Below, in pieces: positions 20,510-28,142 of a stretch of DNA of 64,000 bases. The notes beneath the pieces were generated by a model that was not told the origin of the DNA, did no database searches, and saw only the letters and a program-made list of their open reading frames with translations. This DNA is from Candidatus Undinarchaeota archaeon (GTDB taxonomy: Archaea > SpSt-1190 > JASMDC01). Numbering within the stretch: position 1 is the stretch's first letter; every line of letters begins with the position of its first letter. The position numbers were made by a program, and so were the translations under genes. Location: contig CAZFHY010000005.1 in NCBI GenBank assembly GCA_964519305.1, positions 1 through 64,000 of the forward strand, written 5' to 3'.

Positions 20510-21478
20510 TTGATGGCCGCACCCATCGACGAGCTCATGCCCGTGGCAATAGGTGGGCTCGCTATCGCCGCCCTCAGCGTCATTGGGACGCATGCCATGA
20601 AGGACAGGTTCGGCACCGACCGGCGGGGATATGGCGTAGAGGGCGCGGTGTTCGGCATCTGGACCAACCTGCTCCTCAGTGCGTTCAAGGTGTGGGCCGG
20701 ATTGGCCAGCGGCAGTATCGCTGTGCTCGCTGATGCGGTACATTCACTCTCGGACGTCCTCACCAGCGTCGTCGTGGTCGCCGGCATCTACGTCAGTGGC
20801 AAGGAGCCTGACCACGGTCACCCGCTCGGTCATGGGGATGCCGAGCCCATCGCAGGGCTCATCGTGTCCATCCTGCTCGTCGTCGTTGGAGTGGAGTTCG
20901 CCCGCACAGCTGTCGAACGTCTGCTCGAACCCGATATCCCGCAGGTCACGGTAGTGGCCATCGCCGCCACGCTGGTGGCCCTCGCCTACAAGTGGTGGGT
21001 CACCGTGTGGGTGAAGGGGATAGTGGAGAAGGTGCACAGCCCTGCCCTCAAGGCCGACGCTGAGCACCACGCCAGCGATGTCCTATCCTCGGGTGTCGTG
21101 CTCGTGGGCGTCACCGGCTCGTACATAGGCTATTCGCACCTGGACTGCGCGGCCGGCCTTATCGTGTCCGCCTGGGTGTGCTGGGTGGGTTTCTCCATAG
21201 GTCGTTCCAACATCCGGATGCTCATGGGCACGGTCGAGGACCCGGCGGTGCGTCAGCGCATCAAGGACATCGCCCTAGCGGAGGAGAATGTGGATAACGT
21301 GCACAAGGTCCTCATCCATTACACGGGTGTCGAGTTCTCCGTGGCCCTTCACGTGCGGTTCAAACAGGACATGCTCCTCAGTAAGGCCCACGATATTGCC
21401 CGTCGCATCGAGAATGCCATCCTGGCAGACTGTGCCGAGTGCAGGTACGCCACGGTCCACATGGACCCTGCCCGGTAA
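20510..21478 (+). CDS. Cation diffusion facilitator (CDF) transporter
   Basis: GSIAVLADAVHSLSD, HPLGHG, ADAEHHASD, C-terminal HMDP. Confidence 0.9.
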   Translation: MMAAPIDELMPVAIGGLAIAALSVIGTHAMKDRFGTDRRGYGVEGAVFGIWTNLLLSAFKVWAGLASGSIAVLADAVHSLSDVLTSVVVVAGIYVSGKEPDHGHPLGHGDAEPIAGLIVSILLVVVGVEFARTAVERLLEPDIPQVTVVAIAATLVALAYKWWVTVWVKGIVEKVHSPALKADAEHHASDVLSSGVVLVGVTGSYIGYSHLDCAAGLIVSAWVCWVGFSIGRSNIRMLMGTVEDPAVRQRIKDIALAEENVDNVHKVLIHYTGVEFSVALHVRFKQDMLLSKAHDIARRIENAILADCAECRYATVHMDPAR

Positions 21479-21482
21479 GTGA

Positions 21483-21848
21483 CTAGAGAATCACCTTGAT
21501 CTTTTCCGTGGCCCTGTTCATCTCTACCAGGATGAGGCCGAGCGCAAAGGTGGGGCCCGTCATCGCAACGAGGATCGCCATGGGGCCCGCGCCCATGGCC
21601 ACGATGTTCCCGTCCTTGGACTCGACGATGATCTTGGCGTGCGTACCACGATGAAGTTCGTTGATGACTATCTCCGAGGAGCCGACCATCGTGGCGGCGA
21701 CGGCAGCGAACGTCTCGGCCTGGACAGATCCGGGGATGTCCTTGGCCATGAGCAGACCATCACGGGAGACCACCGCCGATGCCTCGACACCACCATGGTG
21801 TCGCAGTTCATGGAGGACCTCTTCCAACCGCTCGCGCACAGACGACAT
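21483..21848 (-). CDS. Roadblock/LC7 domain protein
   Basis: GVEASAVVSRDGLLM, ETFAAVAATMVG, LGLILVEM. Confidence 0.9.
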   Translation of the reverse strand: MSSVRERLEEVLHELRHHGGVEASAVVSRDGLLMAKDIPGSVQAETFAAVAATMVGSSEIVINELHRGTHAKIIVESKDGNIVAMGAGPMAILVAMTGPTFALGLILVEMNRATEKIKVIL

Positions 21849-21858
21849 GACCGCACCC

Positions 21859-22791
21859 TCACGCTGCCGGAACCCGTGCCTCAAGTATGTTGACGACCAG
21901 GAACAGTATGTAGACAATCACCAATGCCATGCTCTCACGCCGCGTCAGTCGTTGCTCCGTATGGAAGTAACAGATAGCAAGGACATAGGAGAGGAGCGTG
22001 AGCGGGATGTTGAACTCGATGATGCCATGCTCGACGGTCAGGTCCCTTATCGCCGCACCCGAACCTAGGGAGAGGAGCGGATCGGTTATGTTGGAGCCGA
22101 TGAGGTTGCCCACGGAGAGGGAGGTCGCGCCACGGCGGAGCGCTATCACGGACACTGCGAGCTCGGGGAGCGATGTGCCTACTGATACGAGAGTGAGGCC
22201 GATGAGGGTCTCTGACACGCTGAAGTACTTGGCGATCGCAACAGCGCTCTTCACGAATAGGTCAGCACCGATGGGAACTGCTAGGAGCCCGGGGACCAGC
22301 CACCACGTGGAAGCAAGTTCCTCATTCCCCTCCTCCTTATCAGGTGTCCGCCCCCATAGGAAGAGGGCAAAGAGGTAGCCCGTGTAGATGAGGACAAGGA
22401 CAATCCCTTCCATCCGGCTCACCACGCGGTCCGCCATGGTGGCCGCCAATATCATCATAGCGAGGATCATTATGGGTCCGTCGCGTTGCACGGCCGTCCT
22501 CTCCACATCCATCTCACGAATAAGACCAACAACTCCCAGGATGAGAGTTATCTGGACGAAGCAGGAGCCGACAATATTGCCCACTGCGATCCCTGGCGCT
22601 CCGTTCCACGCAGCGATCATGGAGGTGGCGATCTCGGGGATGGAGGTGCCCACGGAGGTGATGGTGAGCCCGACGAACATCTGAGGTAAAGAGAAGCGGC
22701 GTGCCAAGGCCTTGGCTCCATCAACGATCCAGTCGCTCCCCTTGATGAGGATCGCCACACCAATGATGAAGTATGCTATGTTCTCGAGCAT
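21859..22791 (-). CDS. Na+/Ca2+ antiporter (YrbG/NCX_Mj family)
   Basis: Two alpha repeats: GTSIPE...GNIVGS and GTSLPE...GNLIGSN. Confidence 0.92.
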   Translation of the reverse strand: MLENIAYFIIGVAILIKGSDWIVDGAKALARRFSLPQMFVGLTITSVGTSIPEIATSMIAAWNGAPGIAVGNIVGSCFVQITLILGVVGLIREMDVERTAVQRDGPIMILAMMILAATMADRVVSRMEGIVLVLIYTGYLFALFLWGRTPDKEEGNEELASTWWLVPGLLAVPIGADLFVKSAVAIAKYFSVSETLIGLTLVSVGTSLPELAVSVIALRRGATSLSVGNLIGSNITDPLLSLGSGAAIRDLTVEHGIIEFNIPLTLLSYVLAICYFHTEQRLTRRESMALVIVYILFLVVNILEARVPAA

Positions 22792-22806
22792 GGCCTTCCC
22801 GTCCGC

Positions 22807-23763
22807 TCACGCCTGGTCGAAGCCGACCTCGGCAGGTTCCTTTTGTCGTGCGTGCAATAAAAAGGTTTTCACACCATCCTGTGTGGGGAAGGCGGTGATC
22901 GCCCCACGTCGGGTGGTCACGAGCGCACCCACGGCGCACGCGAACCGCCCTGCCTCCTCCAGTGAGGAGCCATGTGCGAGCGAGGACATCAGACCTGCGG
23001 CGAAACCGTCCCCGGCACCTGTGGCGTCCTTTGGTTCCACCTCGAATGCAGGTACGAACGTCGTCCGCTGGTCCTCGCACAGCAAGGCCCCCTTGGATCC
23101 AAGAGTAACTACCGCCTTTTTGGGTCCGCGCCGAGTGATGAGGCGCGCCGCCATGGCAGGATCGTCCTGGCCCGAGAGCATCTGGGCCTCCTCATCGCTC
23201 GCCAGCAAGATGTCGACGTGCGGGAGGAACTTCTCGAAAACCTTCAACGCCTCGGGCTTGGTCCATGCGTCCGGGCGGTAGTTCACCGCGAACGATACAG
23301 TGAGCCCGTGTTTCTTGGCGATCCTCACGGCCCGGTACACGGCCCGCATGGGCTTCTTCGCCGAGAGAGTAAAACCCGAGAAGTGGAGGAAGCGTGCGTT
23401 CGCGATGTAGGGTTCGGAAAGGTCCTTCTCGTTCAGTTCCACGTCCGCTCCGCGGTAGAAAAGGTAATCGGGCTCTGCCGTGACGAATGCGAGCGAGGTG
23501 CGTTCTTTGCACATCGTCACCTGTGATACATCCACTCCTTCTCCTTCGAGCGTGTGTGTGAGGAATTGACCGAAGGGGTCTGCACCCACCTTGGCGATGA
23601 CCCCTGCCTTGCAGCCGAGGCGTTGCACGCCAACTGCGAAGTTGCCCGGAGCGCCGCCAAAACACTTCTTGAACCCGCTGACCTGATCGAGACCTGAGGC
23701 CTCGTCAACGACCATGTCGATGAGGATATCTCCAATGGCCAGGAAGTCCACGGACGGTGGCAT
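22807..23763 (-). CDS. PfkB family carbohydrate kinase
   Basis: GGAPGN, VGADPFG, VTLGSKG, DATGAGDGF. Confidence 0.92.
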   Translation of the reverse strand: MPPSVDFLAIGDILIDMVVDEASGLDQVSGFKKCFGGAPGNFAVGVQRLGCKAGVIAKVGADPFGQFLTHTLEGEGVDVSQVTMCKERTSLAFVTAEPDYLFYRGADVELNEKDLSEPYIANARFLHFSGFTLSAKKPMRAVYRAVRIAKKHGLTVSFAVNYRPDAWTKPEALKVFEKFLPHVDILLASDEEAQMLSGQDDPAMAARLITRRGPKKAVVTLGSKGALLCEDQRTTFVPAFEVEPKDATGAGDGFAAGLMSSLAHGSSLEEAGRFACAVGALVTTRRGAITAFPTQDGVKTFLLHARQKEPAEVGFDQA

Positions 23764-23890
23764 CAGACCTCACCCCCCTTTCCAAGGCATCCGGGCGAGG
23801 AGAAGAATAGATGGAGAACCATCGAATGAGTCTTTCCGCCGTTTGATTTATCAAGGTTTGGTCTCCCCACAAGAGCACAAGGTGCCGAAT

Positions 23891-24580
23891 ATGGAGTCCT
23901 CCGACGCGAGCAGTCCCGCCGGTCGCCGGCTTGCCGAACCCCCCTACCTACAGGTGGCCCTGGACATGGTGGATGACGATGTGCTTCGACGTGTTGTCGA
24001 GGCCACTCCTGCAGACGGACGGATCATCCTGGAGGCGGGCACACCCCTGATCAAGCGTTTCGGCGTTGGCGTGATGCGCAAGATCAGTGCCATCCGGCCC
24101 CAAGCTTTCATCATCGCGGACCTCAAGACACTTGACGTGGGCAGGCTCGAGGTTGCCATCGCTGCTGAGCAGGGAGCTCACGCCGCGGCGGTATCCGCCC
24201 TTGCACCGGTCGAGACCGTGGAGGCCTTCATCGACGAGTGTCGGGACCGTGGGCTCCGCTCGTACGTGGACATGATGAACGTGCCCGATCCGGCCGCTCT
24301 AGTGAGCGGGCTCCCTGTAAAGCCCGACGTAGTGCTCCTTCACAGGGGCATCGACGCCGAGCTAGGGGGCACCACGTCAACGGGATGGGAGGCCATCCCC
24401 GCGATAAAACGCGCTGGCGGCGAGGGAATGCTCGTGGCCGTGGCCGGGGGGATCAACCCCGGGACCGCACCCGATGCTCTCGCTGCGGGTGCTGATGTCC
24501 TCGTCATCGGACGTGCCATAACTGCCGCAGATGACGTCAACGATGCCGCGCAGGGATTCCTGCGCATTCTAGGAGTGTGA
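23891..24580 (+). CDS. hxlA: 3-hexulose-6-phosphate synthase (HPS/OMPDC superfamily; resembles the Hps domain of Fae-Hps)
   Basis: PYLQVALD, LEAGTPLIK, ADLKTLDVG, LHRGID, AVAGGI, IGRAIT. Confidence 0.8.
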   Translation: MESSDASSPAGRRLAEPPYLQVALDMVDDDVLRRVVEATPADGRIILEAGTPLIKRFGVGVMRKISAIRPQAFIIADLKTLDVGRLEVAIAAEQGAHAAAVSALAPVETVEAFIDECRDRGLRSYVDMMNVPDPAALVSGLPVKPDVVLLHRGIDAELGGTTSTGWEAIPAIKRAGGEGMLVAVAGGINPGTAPDALAAGADVLVIGRAITAADDVNDAAQGFLRILGV

Positions 24581-24586
24581 GATATT

Positions 24587-25573
24587 ATGACCCCAAAGAA
24601 GAAGACAGATGATCTTGATGAGGAGATACTCGAACGCCTTGAAGGAGGCGATATCGTGACCAGTAACGGCGGACCCGGTGCAGGAGTGCTCGCTCTCGCG
24701 GGCCTGCTACCGCTACTTGCCATGGGTGCCGTGTTCGTGTTCCTGTTCTGCATCGCCCGGGTCCCTGCTGGCCACGTGGGCGTGGCATACAGCGTGTTCG
24801 GGGGAGTGCTACCTGTCGAGTACGATATGGGCTGGCACCTCAAGTGGCCCTGGATCGACATCACCCTCTACTCAATCCAGACCCAGGACTACACCATGTC
24901 CATCATGCAGGGCGAGGGCAAGCGCACAGGCGACGACCGCATCACGGCCCTCACCTCCGAGGGTCTGAACGTGGACCTGGACCTCACCGTGCTGTACAAG
25001 ATCGAGCCCGACAAGGCCGATGTGATCCACACCACACTTGGCGAGACGTATGACGAGAAGGTCATCCGGACCAACATCCGCTCGACGATCCGCAAGGTGG
25101 CGGCCGTCCACACAGCCAAGGGGATATACTCCGAGAAGCGCAAGCAGGTGGAGCAGGAGATCCGCGACGATATCACGGCCATCCTCAAACCCTACCACAT
25201 CCTGGTGACGGACCTCCTGTTACGCAACGTGGAGCTCCCGCCCCAGCTCAAGTCCTCCATCGAGGCGAAGCAGGTGGCCGAGCAGAGTGCCCTGAGGATG
25301 GAGTACGTGCTCAACGAGGAGCGCAAGAAGGCCACTCAGCGTATGATCGAGGCCGAGGGTATCGCAAACGCCACGGTCATCAAGGCCGATGGAGAGGCAC
25401 GAGCCATCCAGCGTATCCAGGAGCAGTTCGGTAGCCAGGACCCGAAATCGGTGCTCGGATACTACTACATCAAGACCCTGGACCGCACTGACCTCCAGAC
25501 GGTCATCGTGCCCACGGACTCGGGCGTACCAATCTTCCTACCGGCCGGTGCCGTAGGGAAGGGCGTGGCCTGA
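24587..25573 (+). CDS. SPFH/prohibitin (band 7) family protein
   Basis: TM helix, VPAGHVGV, GWHLKWPW, LRNVELP, IEAKQVAEQ, EAEG. Confidence 0.9.
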   Translation: MTPKKKTDDLDEEILERLEGGDIVTSNGGPGAGVLALAGLLPLLAMGAVFVFLFCIARVPAGHVGVAYSVFGGVLPVEYDMGWHLKWPWIDITLYSIQTQDYTMSIMQGEGKRTGDDRITALTSEGLNVDLDLTVLYKIEPDKADVIHTTLGETYDEKVIRTNIRSTIRKVAAVHTAKGIYSEKRKQVEQEIRDDITAILKPYHILVTDLLLRNVELPPQLKSSIEAKQVAEQSALRMEYVLNEERKKATQRMIEAEGIANATVIKADGEARAIQRIQEQFGSQDPKSVLGYYYIKTLDRTDLQTVIVPTDSGVPIFLPAGAVGKGVA

Positions 25574-25598
25574 GCGTCATAACACTCCTGTGGTAACT

Positions 25599-26387
25599 AT
25601 GATGAGACGCGCGCTGGCCGTCCTTGCGGTCCTCGCCCTACTGGTAGGGTGCACTGGTCCCGGCTGGGGGGGCGCCGCCACTCCCCCGGCCACCGGTCCC
25701 CCCCGGCAGCTCCTGCCCGACGGGACGATCTGTTCCTCGTCATCAGAGTGCGCTGGAGGCAACTGCAGGTACGGAGTGTGCTGTCCATCGGGAGAGCGCT
25801 GCTGCACCACGGGTGAGCACTGCCCGCCCTCCCAGGAGTGCGGTCCTGGATCCTACTGCGTACCGGGAAGTGCTATGGCTGACACCCCCATCGGACCGAC
25901 AGACATACCAGCGGGGATTGACCCCCTGAAGGTCCGGGAGGGTGACCAGGTCCTGGTCGACTACATTGGTTGGACCACCGACGACCGGGTGGTGTTCGAC
26001 GCGTCCGTCGAGGCGGAGGCGCGGAAGGCAGGACTCCCGCCCAGGGACCGCTACGAACCGCTCGCGGTAAGAGTCGGCGCAGGCCAGGTGATCCGGGGAT
26101 TCGATCGCGGGCTCGTGGGGATGGCCAAGGACGAGACCAAGGAGATCATCATCCCGCCCGAGGATGGGTACGGACCAAAGGACCCCTCCCTCTTCAGACC
26201 TATCCCGGTGGACTCACTGCGCGCTCAGGGCTTCGAGCCCGAGGAGGGGGGCCAGCTCATAACTGCGGGCGGCGCGTTCCCCATCCTCAATGTCAGTGAC
26301 GGGATCGCATGGGTGGACATGAACCACATGCTCGCGGGCCGCGAGATCGCGTTCAGAGTGACCATCAGGACCATCGACAGGACCTGA
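25599..26387 (+). CDS. Lipoprotein: Cys-rich domain fused to an FKBP/SlyD-type peptidyl-prolyl isomerase
   Basis: Lipobox LLVGC; Cys block CSSSSEC...CC...CC...; FKBP motifs VDYIG, GAGQVIRGF, PPEDGYG, DMNHMLAG. Confidence 0.85.
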   Translation: MMRRALAVLAVLALLVGCTGPGWGGAATPPATGPPRQLLPDGTICSSSSECAGGNCRYGVCCPSGERCCTTGEHCPPSQECGPGSYCVPGSAMADTPIGPTDIPAGIDPLKVREGDQVLVDYIGWTTDDRVVFDASVEAEARKAGLPPRDRYEPLAVRVGAGQVIRGFDRGLVGMAKDETKEIIIPPEDGYGPKDPSLFRPIPVDSLRAQGFEPEEGGQLITAGGAFPILNVSDGIAWVDMNHMLAGREIAFRVTIRTIDRT

Positions 26388-26441
26388 TCGTGCGCCCCCC
26401 CACCCAAAAGTTTAACTAGCGGGAGTGTCCGAACCCCCCTT

Positions 26442-26801
26442 ATGCTCGTGTACGCGTCATACGTCCTCCTCGGCCTTACCGCAGGTGTGCTCAGCGGCCT
26501 CCTGGGGATCGGTGGTGGCATCCTTCTCGTCCCCGTCATGTTGTACGGATTCGGCCTCACCCAGCACGAAGCCCAGGGCACGACCCTCGCCCTTATGGTA
26601 CCCCCGATCGGGCTCCTAGGTGCTTACAAGTACTACATAGAGGACAACGTGAACGTCACCATGGCGGCCTTCATCTGCGTCGGGTTCTTCTTCGGCGGAT
26701 ACCTGGGTGCCAATTTCGCGAACGACATCGAGCCTGCCGTGCTCCGACGCGTGTTCGGTGTGGCACTGATGGCGACCTCGCTGAAAATGATCTTCAGCTA
26801 G
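26442..26801 (+). CDS. TauE/SafE (TSUP) family membrane protein, half-size
   Basis: AGVLSGLLGIGGG, AQGTTL, GGYLGA. Confidence 0.85.
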   Translation: MLVYASYVLLGLTAGVLSGLLGIGGGILLVPVMLYGFGLTQHEAQGTTLALMVPPIGLLGAYKYYIEDNVNVTMAAFICVGFFFGGYLGANFANDIEPAVLRRVFGVALMATSLKMIFS

Positions 26802-26833
26802 ATGCTTTCGAGCCGCTTCGTTTCCAAACCCCA

Positions 26834-26839
26834 TTTAAA
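26834..26839 (+). promoter_or_regulatory. Putative TATA box
   Basis: TTTAAA about 27-32 nt upstream of ATG 26866. Confidence 0.45.
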
Positions 26840-26865
26840 GTTATAGTTCTAAATGGGGATTCGTC

Positions 26866-27405
26866 ATGAGCGGAGGACTAGAGCCGTTCCATATCTGGTT
26901 CGGGGTGTGCCTTGCCAGCTTCACCGCCTACTCCTACATTCGCGTTGTCGAGAGCTGGGGGAAGGTCAATCCCCAGAAGCGCATCATGGAACCGTCCACC
27001 GCCTTCGCGGGCATCCTTGCATGGATCAACATGATCGCCAATGATCTCATGATCGGTGATTTCGGCATCGGTTCAATAATCGGACTTGTCGGTGCATGTG
27101 TAGGCATCTTTCTCATCGTCACGGCCGTCTTCCATGTCCCGCCAAAGCGAGGTGATGTCGGACCTGAGCACAAGAAGATGACATTCCCCACCTCAGGGGT
27201 CTATGCTTACCTGCGTCATCCGCACTACGATGGTCTCGTCCTCGTCCTCCTCGGGTTCCCCCTGGCAGCAGGCGCCGTCTACTCCCTGTTCGCTGCTGTG
27301 TTGTGGGCCCTGTTCGTGCTATTCTGGGGTATGCTCGAGGACCAGATGCTCACCGAGGAGCACGGCTCCGAGTACATGGATTACCAGGCCCGCACGTTCT
27401 TCTAG
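26866..27405 (+). CDS. ICMT/PEMT family integral membrane methyltransferase
   Basis: TSGVYAYLRHPHY, EDQML..EHG.EY..Y. Confidence 0.8.
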   Translation: MSGGLEPFHIWFGVCLASFTAYSYIRVVESWGKVNPQKRIMEPSTAFAGILAWINMIANDLMIGDFGIGSIIGLVGACVGIFLIVTAVFHVPPKRGDVGPEHKKMTFPTSGVYAYLRHPHYDGLVLVLLGFPLAAGAVYSLFAAVLWALFVLFWGMLEDQMLTEEHGSEYMDYQARTFF

Positions 27406-27435
27406 AACGCTCGCGGGAACGCGAGGGCAACCTTC

Positions 27436-27575
27436 GTGAACTACCCATCTCCAAGTAGAGGGGCTTCCCGCTTCGACGCTATTTCCAGCTCCACGGGCGC
27501 ATCGGGTGGTCCCCACCCTGAGCGATCCTGAATGTTAATCGCATCGTCCAGGTCGCAGTCTATCGTCAGCCCGAG
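27436..27575 (-). pseudogene. Remnant of an IS200/IS605 tnpB 3' end plus right end (omegaRNA scaffold region)
   Basis: Translates as LGLTIDCDLDDAINIQDRSGWGPPDAPVE...KREAP, a degenerate CG..DRD.NAA.NI; ends GAAG-hairpin-GGGTAGTTCAC like an IS605-group right end. Confidence 0.7.
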
Positions 27576-28142
27576 GGCGATTCGGCCAGACCATCGATGG
27601 CAACGTTCAGAAGTCCTTCCGTTATCAGACAGGATCGAGGCATCTGCTCATCCACATACACGTGAACCTCTTTATGAACGCCCCGTGTTATGAGCAGCCC
27701 TCACCTTGCCCATGGACGACCCCTACTCCGACCGATTAGTCAGCATTCTCAGCTTCACTCATCGTTGACCGGATGTGGGTTCTCTGGGACGCGATCGATG
27801 TCGACATTATTCAGTGATCGTCCTTGACATCCACCTCCAATAAATAGTAGGTTGTTCATCATTATATATGCCATGACGGTGGCGTGCCAGTATTCCACAT
27901 TATACTGAAATAATAATTAGTAATTAATACTATTTTAGTACTAATTTTAGGGTCGCCCGTTTATTATATACGTGTTCGCCCACCTTCGGCGGTACGCGAT
28001 CAATCCCATGGTTGAAAACGCTGGGATTTCTCGAACACGTTCAAAATTACACCGGGACCATCCCTTCTCTCTCGGAAGGGGACTTCCCACCGAAATAAAA
28101 AAAGAGTTAAAACATTGTCGGCTGTCCCCGTTCAGGATCGTC

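Noticed and set aside
21967-21981. Partial match (GTAACAGATAgcAAG) to the TnpB guide inside the antiporter gene
   Set aside because: Only a 10-nt contiguous match, and the 5' flank is TGGAA rather than the predicted TTAC TAM
27972-28142. N-terminal extension of the alaS ORF or a T-box-like leader
   Set aside because: The extension is AT-rich and not AlaRS-like; no T-box consensus was seen and T-boxes are bacterial
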